NCBI GenBank assembly: GCA_963835575.1
Contig: CAWIGG010000002.1
Location: forward strand, 768,001-832,000
Direction: 5' to 3'
Source: an uncultured Spirochaetota bacterium
Lineage (GTDB): Bacteria > Spirochaetota > Brevinematia > Brevinematales > JAOACQ01
DNA: 64,000 nucleotides
The notes beneath the pieces are model-generated. The model was not told the DNA's origin. It made no database searches and saw only the letters and a program-made list of their open reading frames with translations. Both the position numbers and the translations under genes were made by a program. Shown piece by piece: positions 37,888-46,807 of this stretch (the stretch's first letter is position 1; each line of letters opens with the position of its first letter).

Positions 37888-38132
37888 AACCACAGATTTC
37901 ACAGATGACACAGATTATAATTTTGCAGGTATCAGTGAAATCATGTTATAATTCTCAATATGAAAAAGAAAAGAACGGTACGCGAACATATGGTTCGAAT
38001 GTGATCAGAGCAATTGGGATTATTGATGTGGCAAGACGTTCCTAAATAATATTTTAATAAAGGAATAGGAAATTTATATCATCTGTTATCATTCCTTTAG
38101 AAATATCAGTGAAATCAGTGTAATCTGTGGTT
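37888..38132. repeat. Inverted pair of 9-bp-period triplet motifs (CACAGAT x3 ... ATC(A/T)GTG x3)
   Basis: AACCACAGATTTCACAGATGACACAGATT (37888-37916) and ATCAGTGAAATCAGTGTAATCTGTGGTT (38105-38132). Confidence 0.7.
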
Positions 38133-38227
38133 TCAACTCGTAAGATTGAATTACTAAGATAGTTAAATAAAGTTTTTAGATGAGTCTGAGAGTACCCCTA
38201 ATATAAGCCTGGAAAAGGAGGTTTTGA

Positions 38228-39211
38228 GTGGAGCCTGTCAGATTGGGAATAATCGGATGCGGTATTGCCGCCCATGAACTGCATTGGCCGGCGCTGGAAA
38301 AGCTTCAGGATAAATTCAGGATAGTCATGGTATGCAATCATACCGAAGAGAAGGCCAGGGATTTCGCAGAGATGGCAGGCGGCGTTCCTTATACTCTGGA
38401 TTACAGGGAACTGCTGAAAAACAAGGAAATCGAAGCCGTTGACATTGCGCTGCCGATCCATCTCAATTATGAAGCGGTAAAAAACGCGATCCGCTCTAAA
38501 AAGCATGTGATAGTGGAAAAACCTCTGGCCGCCAATCTGGATGAAGCGAAAAAAATGGCGGCATATGAAAAAAGATACCCCCGTGTTCTGATGGTCGCGG
38601 AAAATTACCGCTACAGCCCGCTTTATAAAAGGGTAAAAGCGCTTATAAAGGAAGGCGCGATCGGCGAGCTGTACGGCGCGTTCTGGGATGCCTTCAGGCG
38701 CATGGACCTCAATGATAAATACGCGAAAACGCTCTGGAGGATAAACCATCAGTACGAGGGCGGTTTTGTTACAGACGCCGGTATTCATAATATCGCGGTG
38801 CTCAGAAGCCTCTGCGGCGAATTCTCTTCCGGCATCGCCGCCATCGAGTGCATCAATCCGGCGATAGGGAGAATGGATTCGATGAGCTTTCTCTTCGCGA
38901 CGACCCATATGGTAAAAGGGGTTTTTAATATGTACTACAGCGTGAACGGGTACAGGAAAGACAGTCTGCTCCTGCTGGGTACGGAAGGGAGCATGGTTGT
39001 CGGGGAAAATAAAATCATTATCAAAAAAGAGGGTGAAGCGGATAAAATAGAGGAAATCCAGAACGACGGCGGGTACCTGGAGGAATTTGAGGATTTTTAT
39101 CTCTCAATCCGCAAAGGTAAAAAAACAGAAAGTACTTTCCAGGAAGCTTATATTGACCTGTCGGTTATGATCGGCGCCATTCAATCGGCGGAAGGAAATT
39201 CAAAAAGTTAA
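38228..39211 (+). CDS. Gfo/Idh/MocA family oxidoreductase
   Basis: LGIIGCGIAA Rossmann motif, KHVIVEKP, DAGIH. Confidence 0.93.
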   Translation: MEPVRLGIIGCGIAAHELHWPALEKLQDKFRIVMVCNHTEEKARDFAEMAGGVPYTLDYRELLKNKEIEAVDIALPIHLNYEAVKNAIRSKKHVIVEKPLAANLDEAKKMAAYEKRYPRVLMVAENYRYSPLYKRVKALIKEGAIGELYGAFWDAFRRMDLNDKYAKTLWRINHQYEGGFVTDAGIHNIAVLRSLCGEFSSGIAAIECINPAIGRMDSMSFLFATTHMVKGVFNMYYSVNGYRKDSLLLLGTEGSMVVGENKIIIKKEGEADKIEEIQNDGGYLEEFEDFYLSIRKGKKTESTFQEAYIDLSVMIGAIQSAEGNSKS

Positions 39212-39232
39212 GTATGAATAACTCTAAGGTTT

Positions 39233-40975
39233 ATGAATAAAAGAATACTGTTTACTATTCATTTATGTTTTATCATGAATATCTTTACCGCGTCTTTTTC
39301 ATTATTCAATTATAACGGCGAAGAAGCCATGATTTATTCCGATTCTGAAATGCGGCCTGTTGAACTGGAAGATGTCAACCGGCTGATTAAACGGCAAAAA
39401 GATCAATTAAACGATTTTTTCAATAAAAGGCTTTCACAAAAGCCGGCGGTCTATTTTTATTCGAGCGTCAATTCCTTTGAGAAAAATCATTCATTAGACC
39501 GGCATTTCGGCGGCCTGTATCAGAATGGAAAGATCACTCTCCAGCCTTTTACTGTATTAAAGAAGAATGGAGTTCTCTGGAGTATGCTCTCCCATGAATA
39601 CACGCACTTTTATGCGGACAGCTTTTATACCAATCTGCCTTTTTTTATCCGGGAGGGATTGGCCTCTTACCTGGCGGGGAATAAAGTACGGGAGGCTGAA
39701 CCTCTTCTGTACGAAAGCATACAAAATCCTTCGAATTTTACAAACGCTTTGGACTTCGAGTATTATTTATACTCATCCCGGAATTATATTCAGTATTTAC
39801 TGACGCAGATGAAGAAAAAGGAATTCCTGGGATTTCTAGAAAAGGCCTCTCCGGCGGACATTAAAAGCAGGTATCTTGATTACTACTACGCGGATTGCGA
39901 TACCGTCAGGGTATGGATCAATCCGAGGAGCGAAAAAAGGTTCGTTATAACATTTAACGGAAACTGCAGGGTCCTTGAAGATAACGGTCTTACGAATATT
40001 TATGATAACAGTATAGATATTGAACATATCAATAATAAGCTTTATCTGAACAATAACGAATCCGGTAATGTGTCGCTTTATTTTAAGGACGGCTTTTCTG
40101 TTGATAACGGAAGGGAGAAATCAAGGGATTACAGGGGGAATTTAAAGATCATTCTCAGTAATCAGAATATTTATTTAATCAACCTGGTCCCTGTCGAGGA
40201 GTATCTTTACAGCGTCGTGAAAAGCGAAATGCCTTCCGCCAGCCTGGAAGCTTTGAAAACGCAGGCGGTCCTTTCTAGGAGCCTTGTGAATTACAAAAAG
40301 AGGCTGAACAGGAATGAATTGTACGATGTCCTGACTTTGACCAGCGACCAGTCATACCAGGGCCGGGGATGGGAAACAGCCCTTTCCCGCAGGGCCGTCC
40401 GGGAAACGGATAAGGAAGCCCTTTTTTACCATAATAGCATGGTTTATCCCTACTACTCGTCAACCTGCGCCGGGCATACGGCGCTTTCCGCCGATGTCTG
40501 GAATAAAAGCCTGCCTTATATCAAAAGCGTCGAGTGCGGCCTGTCGAACAAAATCCTCTGCTCCCTGTCGCCGCATTTTAAGGATTGGGAAAGGGAGATC
40601 ACAAGGGATGAGCTTTCTGAAATAATGAATTTTACGGTTAATAAATTTGAAATTGAACAGGCTGATCCCTTCGGGAGGGTGAAATATATCAAGGTGAACG
40701 AACGTTCTTACCTTTTCGATAACCTGAAAAGCCTGACGGCCAGGAAAAAGGGCTGGGCTTTTTTAAAGAGCAATCTTTTTACCATACGGAGATCGAGCGA
40801 TGGGCTTGTCTATCATATCAGGGGCAAAGGCCTCGGCCATGGCGTGGGTCTCTGCCAGTATGGGGCCATCGAGCTGTCGAAGGTGAAGAACTATAAGGAG
40901 ATTTTGAAGTTTTACTTCAATGAAGTGGAAGTGAGAAGGGTCCATCCGGAGGATGATTTGTACTTCCAGTACTAA
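39233..40975 (+). CDS. SpoIID/LytB domain protein with N-terminal HEXXH metallopeptidase-like domain
   Basis: LSHEYTH...EGLA.YL at the N-terminus; EEYL.SVV..EMP...EALK.QAV..R, DQ.Y.G and G.GHGVGLCQ.GA SpoIID motifs. Confidence 0.88.
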   Translation: MNKRILFTIHLCFIMNIFTASFSLFNYNGEEAMIYSDSEMRPVELEDVNRLIKRQKDQLNDFFNKRLSQKPAVYFYSSVNSFEKNHSLDRHFGGLYQNGKITLQPFTVLKKNGVLWSMLSHEYTHFYADSFYTNLPFFIREGLASYLAGNKVREAEPLLYESIQNPSNFTNALDFEYYLYSSRNYIQYLLTQMKKKEFLGFLEKASPADIKSRYLDYYYADCDTVRVWINPRSEKRFVITFNGNCRVLEDNGLTNIYDNSIDIEHINNKLYLNNNESGNVSLYFKDGFSVDNGREKSRDYRGNLKIILSNQNIYLINLVPVEEYLYSVVKSEMPSASLEALKTQAVLSRSLVNYKKRLNRNELYDVLTLTSDQSYQGRGWETALSRRAVRETDKEALFYHNSMVYPYYSSTCAGHTALSADVWNKSLPYIKSVECGLSNKILCSLSPHFKDWEREITRDELSEIMNFTVNKFEIEQADPFGRVKYIKVNERSYLFDNLKSLTARKKGWAFLKSNLFTIRRSSDGLVYHIRGKGLGHGVGLCQYGAIELSKVKNYKEILKFYFNEVEVRRVHPEDDLYFQY

Positions 40976-41024
40976 GGTGCTGCCTCCGGCGGTAGTGTCA
41001 ATGTCTTTTATTAACTTTATATTG

Positions 41025-41402
41025 GATTTTTGTTACGACTGGCAGTCGAGGGATTTGCGTACTTTTTTTCTTTTCGAAAAGAAAAAAAGTACGCGCGAAA
41101 AAAATAAAACAGGTCGAGGCCATTTTCATACGAAGCTGTCGGATTGGTTGGAGGTGTGTCATCCGGCTTTTAAAAAACGATTCCTTAATTTAATAGCCGC
41201 CTTATTACGCTGTCCTTGCCCAGCACCACTTTGAGGACGGGCAATCAAAGTGGTGCTGGGCGTGGCTTTATGCGGCGGTTTTGACATCCTTGTCAAAAAC
41301 ATGTACTTCTCTTCTATTATTATATTAGCGAATGACACGACTATATATCGAGATATTTTGTGTGCTGATTATGGTTTGGAGGAAAATGGCCTCGGGAACG
41401 GA
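41025..41402 (+). repeat. Left copy of a ~380-bp structured non-coding element
   Basis: Reverse-complement match to 51620-51996; 99 bp identical (41191-41289 vs 51732-51830); nested stems. Outer boundary approximate. Confidence 0.85.
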
Positions 41403-41629
41403 CTATTTTTTTAAAATCTTTTTGATTTTTATTCGTTTCATTGAGGATTAAATATACTTTTTAAAACATAGTATAACAGGCATTCTGTTGCCATATAAAG
41501 TTGTACAGAACGGTAGCGTCCATTCCGTAAATTGAGAGGTTAATGTAATAAGCGACTTTTTTCTTATTACAACCATATTATAAAACATTGCGAGGGACAC
41601 AGAATGTCCCGGTGTGAAAAATTTAATTT

Positions 41630-42450
41630 TTGTAAATCCCCACAAATGTGGGTAATACGATGACGGGCTTCGAACATCGGCAATTCCTCCGGTTCATCCC
41701 CATGCGTATGGGGAATACGAAAGTCCGGTGCTGCAATCGTAGGTAATTTCCGGTTCATCCCCATGCGTATGGGGAATACGAGCTTGTTGCCTTCAGCATA
41801 GAGTTTGCTGCCGGTTCATCCCCATGCGTATGGGGAATACTAACATAAACATCAATATGATTTGTCGTCGAACGGTTCATCCCCATGCGTATGGGGAATA
41901 CCACCGGACTTTCTTATGTTTTCGGGATTTTAGCGGTTCATCCCCATGCGTATGGGGAATACCACCGGACTTTCTTATGTTTTCGGGATTTTAGCGGTTC
42001 ATCCCCATGCGTATGGGGAATACTTGTTGCTTTCCGCCAGAACGAGTTCCATCGCCGGTTCATCCCCATGCGTATGGGGAATACTATTCCAACTATGGTG
42101 TCGAATGCATACGCTGCGGTTCATCCCCATGCGTATGGGGAATACAACCGGGCAGCATAAATTTGTTTGGAGAAATTCGGTTCATCCCCATGCGTATGGG
42201 GAATACTCCAGGAACCCCGGGAACTCTTTTCCATCTAACGGTTCATCCCCATGCGTATGGGGAATACGGTTGACGGAAGGGCTTTCAATGCTTTGCTTGC
42301 GGTTCATCCCCATGCGTATGGGGAATACAGCTGGTGCAAGTTCTTCCAATAGAATGATTACGGTTCATCCCCATGCGTATGGGGAATACAAATATTGCGA
42401 GATATAAATTGAAGCATATTACGGTTCATCCCCATGCGTATGGGGAATAC
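41630..42450 (-). CRISPR. Type I-E CRISPR array: 13 identical 29-bp repeats plus 1 degenerate terminal repeat, 13 spacers
   Basis: Repeat GTATTCCCCATACGCATGGGGATGAACCG (minus strand) every 61 bp from 41690 to 42422; 32-bp spacers (the distal one 31 bp); degenerate copy at 41630-41658 marks the trailer end. Confidence 0.99.
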
Positions 42451-42478
42451 TGTATAGTTTGCTTTATTTAACAAAAAA

Positions 42479-42757
42479 CTATTTATCTACAGGTTTACTC
42501 AACAATGTAATGCCGTCAAAATCAACCGCCGTTCTTGAAGGATCGCCATTCACCAAAATCTTGAAAGACTGCTCGGCATTTGTGGAATACAGCATAATCG
42601 CGTTCAACTTCCAATCCTCCACGATTTTTCTCCAGAGCTTTTCCCTGATCCTCGCTCCGATATCAGCCACAAACACACCTGATTTAAGCTCCAATGCTAA
42701 GCGCGACATCTCGCCTTTCTGAGACGGCTTCGAATTCTCCATCATAATCACGACCAT
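42479..42757 (-). CDS. cas2: Type I-E Cas2
   Basis: MVVI.ME.....KGE.SR..LE..SGVFV......RE.LW...EQ.F...DFDG..L. Confidence 0.95.
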   Translation of the reverse strand: MVVIMMENSKPSQKGEMSRLALELKSGVFVADIGARIREKLWRKIVEDWKLNAIMLYSTNAEQSFKILVNGDPSRTAVDFDGITLLSKPVDK

Positions 42758-43577
42758 ATATCAATTCCTTCAGGTCGGGAATAATTCGCTGCATGATCCT
42801 GTTTTTCCTGAACGCGTCCCGGCACCGATACCGGACTTCCCTTTCCAGATGCTCAGGGTTATCCTTGACTGTCTGAAAAGCTATAGGAACAGTGACATCC
42901 GTCTTATAAAGATCGGCAATGTCATAAACAAAAGATAACTGCTTGCCGGTATGAACAAAACCGATGGCAGGGGACATGCCGCACGCCAGAACCGCCGCAT
43001 GAGTTATCCCGTAAAGACAGGAATTCGCTGAAGATAGGGCCCTGTTCAACGGGTCGCCGTAATCCCAGTGCTCCTGATTGTAATTCCTGCCTTTCCATTC
43101 AATTCCGTATTCCTCAGACAGCAAGTTGTAGCTTTTACGCACGCGGGCGCCTTCCATTCCCCTGAGCTGTTCGATGCTTTCGCTTCCTGTCAATTCATTC
43201 CCTCCGAAGCGTTTCCTGTACATTTCACGTACTATTTTCTCACGCGCCGCTTTGTCCGCCCATAGTTCCGCTTGCTTAAGCAGATTTCTTGAAGAATAAG
43301 TTCCCGGGCATCCGTATGAATAAAGCCTGACCCCCATCTCGCCTGTCCAGGCCACCAGGCATCGGCTTTCCGACAGGCATTTTACGGCCTCGTGAGTTAT
43401 GGAAGTCCCCGGCCCGAGCATCAAAACGCAGAGGGTTTCGACCGGAATAGGTATCACCTTGTCAAGATAATGAAACCCTATGGATTTTTGATATTGGTCG
43501 ATCAAGCCCTTTTCAAAATACAGATAACTCCATTCGTCCTCAAACTTCGGCAATTCCTGCAAATCCCGATTTTTCAT
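42684..43577 (-). CDS. cas1: Type I-E Cas1
   Basis: LMLGPGTSITHEA, LRGMEGARVR, N.ALS.AN.CLYG, GFVHTG..LSFVYDIADLYK; ATG at 43577 after AGGAGG. Confidence 0.97.
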   Translation of the reverse strand: MKNRDLQELPKFEDEWSYLYFEKGLIDQYQKSIGFHYLDKVIPIPVETLCVLMLGPGTSITHEAVKCLSESRCLVAWTGEMGVRLYSYGCPGTYSSRNLLKQAELWADKAAREKIVREMYRKRFGGNELTGSESIEQLRGMEGARVRKSYNLLSEEYGIEWKGRNYNQEHWDYGDPLNRALSSANSCLYGITHAAVLACGMSPAIGFVHTGKQLSFVYDIADLYKTDVTVPIAFQTVKDNPEHLEREVRYRCRDAFRKNRIMQRIIPDLKELIYGRDYDGEFEAVSERRDVALSIGA

Positions 43578-43709
43578 AAACTGCCTCCTTCCTTGGGAAA
43601 TTTCCCCCTCCCAATAAAGAAAGCTGACTATATGATTATCGGTTTGCGCCACTACAGAATATTCGCCTAATAGTAAAGAAAATATTCTGATAAAACAATT
43701 TATCTATCT

Positions 43710-44435
43710 TTATATTTTACGAACCATCAACATTCCAGAGCCGAAAGAACGCGAGTGGCCGATACCTTCAAACAAAACCTGCTTAAATCTTTCAGGGTCT
43801 TTAACAATTAGAATACCAGAGAGTTCAACACTATTAAACCGGATTTCATTTCCTCCTTTTTTACGCAATAAGTTTTGCCGATGTGCGGAAACTTCAATCT
43901 TTCTGTTTTCGCCTTCATTAACCGCAATCTGAAACCCTGATGCTTCTCCCTTTTTGACCATCCATTCTATTACCGCTTCTTCCATCCTTCGTTTGATTTC
44001 TTTGCGGTCAGTAATACCTTCTTTCTGAGCCCTAAATTTTGCATCCATTTGCACATCATGCTTAGAGGAATTCTCTTTTCCCTCAATTTTACGCGCAACT
44101 ATGGGATTTACTCTTATATTAAAAACCAACTTCATTCCTGATTTAAGTTTTGGATTATACTCCTTGGTTTCAACCCTCAAAAGACCGTTAACCGGAACCG
44201 GTTTTTTCTTCGATAAGACATAAAAAATAGGCATACCGCGTCTCGAATCGACAAATGGCATTTGCTCTTTTTCGAATTCCTGCCGGTAAAGAAATTCACG
44301 TCCGGAGTCGGGTTGATCGGGGAAAAGTTTCCAGATCAATTGATGTATGGCATAAATATCATTATTAAGCACTTTTATCAGATTCATATTAGCCTGAACC
44401 CCGCTCTCAATTCTAACCCTTGAGAAATACATCAT
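43710..44435 (-). CDS. cas6e: Type I-E Cas6e (CasE)
   Basis: Y..HQ.IW.LF, NP motif and C-terminal G-loop GIGHSRSFGSGML. Confidence 0.95.
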   Translation of the reverse strand: MMYFSRVRIESGVQANMNLIKVLNNDIYAIHQLIWKLFPDQPDSGREFLYRQEFEKEQMPFVDSRRGMPIFYVLSKKKPVPVNGLLRVETKEYNPKLKSGMKLVFNIRVNPIVARKIEGKENSSKHDVQMDAKFRAQKEGITDRKEIKRRMEEAVIEWMVKKGEASGFQIAVNEGENRKIEVSAHRQNLLRKKGGNEIRFNSVELSGILIVKDPERFKQVLFEGIGHSRSFGSGMLMVRKI

Positions 44436-45175
44436 GATTCACCTCCCGCCGTCATAGAGTGTTCTTTTCGGGGAGAAAACTGCCAGCGTCTGCGGTTTAG
44501 TGGTTCGTCAAAACGTTCGGTAGTCATTTGAGGCTGCATATCACCGGCTTCACCTTCCCATAAATAACGCGGATTTACAAATTCTATGTATCTTCCGGTA
44601 ATATCTTCATCTGAGTAATTTGTAACAAGCGGAGGAAATGACGCACCGTCCAGAGCGCCGCGAAATCCTGCGGATTCAATAATCTGCGGTTTGAGCGGTA
44701 CCGCCGGAGGACAGGATTTTCTCCCCAGATATATTACAAATTCCGGATAATTTAACTTTTGTTGCAGTTTTTCCAGGGAATAAGGTGCAACTTTTCTTGA
44801 ACGTAACGCAACTATGGACAGAGCGTCACAACGGTATTCCCGGCTGGTTAAAATAGTCCCTAATCGGTCTTTGCCAACCACTATTTCATCACGACGAGTC
44901 ATATAATGATATTTCCCGGTGCTATCCGGGACCTGTACCGTATGATAATCTTTAAGTAGTGTGCCGGGACTAAATACCTTTACCGAGACATCATAACCGA
45001 GAAACAGTGCTGTCAGTTTATCTGTTTCATCCCTTCTGATTCCCAGGGCTGCAGAAACCAATCCAAGAATTGCAGAACGGCTCGGATAAGATGAGCTTCT
45101 CCTGACCTCTCCGACAGCGATTTCACCCCAGGCGGCCAGAGGCCCGTAAAGTCTGAAAACAAGGAATTTCTCCAT
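44432..45175 (-). CDS. cas5: Type I-E Cas5 (CasD)
   Basis: L.GPLA.WG, PSRSA.LGL..AALGI.R, DYHTVQ, YLGRKSC.P. Confidence 0.96.
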   Translation of the reverse strand: MEKFLVFRLYGPLAAWGEIAVGEVRRSSSYPSRSAILGLVSAALGIRRDETDKLTALFLGYDVSVKVFSPGTLLKDYHTVQVPDSTGKYHYMTRRDEIVVGKDRLGTILTSREYRCDALSIVALRSRKVAPYSLEKLQQKLNYPEFVIYLGRKSCPPAVPLKPQIIESAGFRGALDGASFPPLVTNYSDEDITGRYIEFVNPRYLWEGEAGDMQPQMTTERFDEPLNRRRWQFSPRKEHSMTAGGES

Positions 45176-45178
45176 AAG

Positions 45179-46240
45179 TTACTCCTGAATAAATTTAATC
45201 AAATCAGCCGCGGAGCCTTTACCTTCAAAAGCGTTTAAAGTCTTTCTTTCTACTCCTTTAATATCATAAACTTTATCCATTTTTGCATATGTTGTTTCAA
45301 GCGCACTTACAGCATCTTCTCCAATATTATCCCCCTTAATCGGCTTGAGAAACGCGACAGAAAGTGAACGTGGCTGTTCATCACCTTTTTCCAAGAGTAC
45401 ATAAGATGCCCAAGCGCGGCTGGCATAGCTGTTCTGTTTGCCCTCGGGAGCAATCTTCACGGCTGATTCCAGTAAAGCGGCAAGTGTTTTATTAGCCAGA
45501 GTTTTATCATCCCCGAGATTTTGTATCAAAAGTTCCCGGTCAATACAGATATAGCTGTAGAAAAGGGCAGATGCGAAACCGCTTTCACCGATATGCGCCG
45601 CACCCATATCGTCTTTACCATTGTTAAGATCATCCACAGCGGTAAAATAATCATCTTCAATGACAACCGGATGAACGCTTATGGGGTGTGATACCTGGCA
45701 GGCGGCTTCCACATTATAGGCCGGACTGGAAGCCAGCATACGACCAAAAAGAGCGATATCGACAGCCGTTTCAGGATGGCGTAATAGTTGCAGTTCCGTC
45801 TCATTTGGCACCCGGTTTTCTTTAATCAGTCTGTCTGCCAATTTATAAACAGCTTCTATTTCTTCCGGTGAAATGTGCGCCAATTGCTCAATTTCAAGTT
45901 CTTCGTGTTTTTCAGGCTGTTTCTTGTTCTCACCTTTGAGTTTGCCAAATACACCTGCTATCGATTGCGCCCATTCTTTCGCGCTTTTTTCTTTAATTTC
46001 CCCTTTTATCAACCTTTCATATATTTTATGCCCAAGCTCTTTGGTTCTAGTTCCAATATGTCCGCTCATAGCCGATTTAAACAAATCAGAGGTTCTCCAG
46101 GCTCTTTTGATGCTCTGAGAAGAAATCCGAAGTCGATCAACTCCGCCCATTTTCGCTGTCTTCGGCCGGCCCATGTCGTCTCGGTTCAAATTTGCTGGTG
46201 GATATGATGTCAGGGTATGAATCTGAATAAACTTACTCAT
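45179..46240 (-). CDS. cas7: Type I-E Cas7 (CasC)
   Basis: NLNRDD.G.PK, R.RISSQS.KRA.R, DIALFGRMLA, DYFTAVDD. Confidence 0.97.
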   Translation of the reverse strand: MSKFIQIHTLTSYPPANLNRDDMGRPKTAKMGGVDRLRISSQSIKRAWRTSDLFKSAMSGHIGTRTKELGHKIYERLIKGEIKEKSAKEWAQSIAGVFGKLKGENKKQPEKHEELEIEQLAHISPEEIEAVYKLADRLIKENRVPNETELQLLRHPETAVDIALFGRMLASSPAYNVEAACQVSHPISVHPVVIEDDYFTAVDDLNNGKDDMGAAHIGESGFASALFYSYICIDRELLIQNLGDDKTLANKTLAALLESAVKIAPEGKQNSYASRAWASYVLLEKGDEQPRSLSVAFLKPIKGDNIGEDAVSALETTYAKMDKVYDIKGVERKTLNAFEGKGSAADLIKFIQE

Positions 46241-46270
46241 AAAAAATTCTCCTTTTAATTTTATTTTTCG

Positions 46271-46807
46271 TTATCTCGGAAGGTGTTGAAAATAATCCAG
46301 TCCCCATCGTATTAAAATCCTGTTACGCGGATTATTTTCCTCTTCACCATTTTCCCTTTCTTTGTACCAGTGAAGAATGCTGTCAGCGACAGAAACAGGG
46401 TCTGCTTTCTCACGCAAAAGGTGTATTGCCCTAATCATACGGATATATAGTTCATCCAATGTATGGCTTTTCTGGAGCTGAGCGAAACGAAGTTCACTCA
46501 ATGCCGGTTTATCTTTACCTTCTGGCGATGCTGCGCAGGATGCCGTAAAAGACTTTTCATCGATATACTTAATATGCGACACAATACCGGCCGCCGCCGC
46601 AAGTCCGAGTAAATTCCGTTCCTGAGTCCAGTATCCAGCTAGTTCATAATAGAGATAGCGGAAACCATGGCATAACAGAACATCTGCCGGGTTTTCCGAG
46701 CGTCGAAGTTCCGCCCTCCAGCCGGAATTTTCCTGAAGCTTCCCCCACCATGACTTCATTTTTTCCGGGTCTTCTTTGTTTCTGAACCCGTAATAATATT
46801 GGCTCAT
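46271..46807 (-). CDS. cse2: Type I-E Cas11 (Cse2/CasB)
   Basis: RAELRR, SELRF..L, W..DYF; position between cas8e and cas7. Confidence 0.93.
   Translation of the reverse strand: MSQYYYGFRNKEDPEKMKSWWGKLQENSGWRAELRRSENPADVLLCHGFRYLYYELAGYWTQERNLLGLAAAAGIVSHIKYIDEKSFTASCAASPEGKDKPALSELRFAQLQKSHTLDELYIRMIRAIHLLREKADPVSVADSILHWYKERENGEEENNPRNRILIRWGLDYFQHLPR

Noticed and set aside
38198..38908. 236-aa minus-strand ORF
   Set aside because: Fully antisense to the clear Gfo/Idh/MocA gene.
40953..41234. 93-aa ORF, and the 106-aa ORF at 51683-52003, in the flanking elements
   Set aside because: They lie in opposite senses relative to the element and have no protein-like features. Conservation follows base pairing rather than codons.
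41567..42407. ORFs of 65-153 aa over the CRISPR array
   Set aside because: They are translations of the repeats (recurring MRMGNT / VHPHAYGEY), not genes.
41659..42421. Self-targeting spacers within the window
   Set aside because: I noticed no match by eye. This is not exhaustive and needs a BLASTN search.
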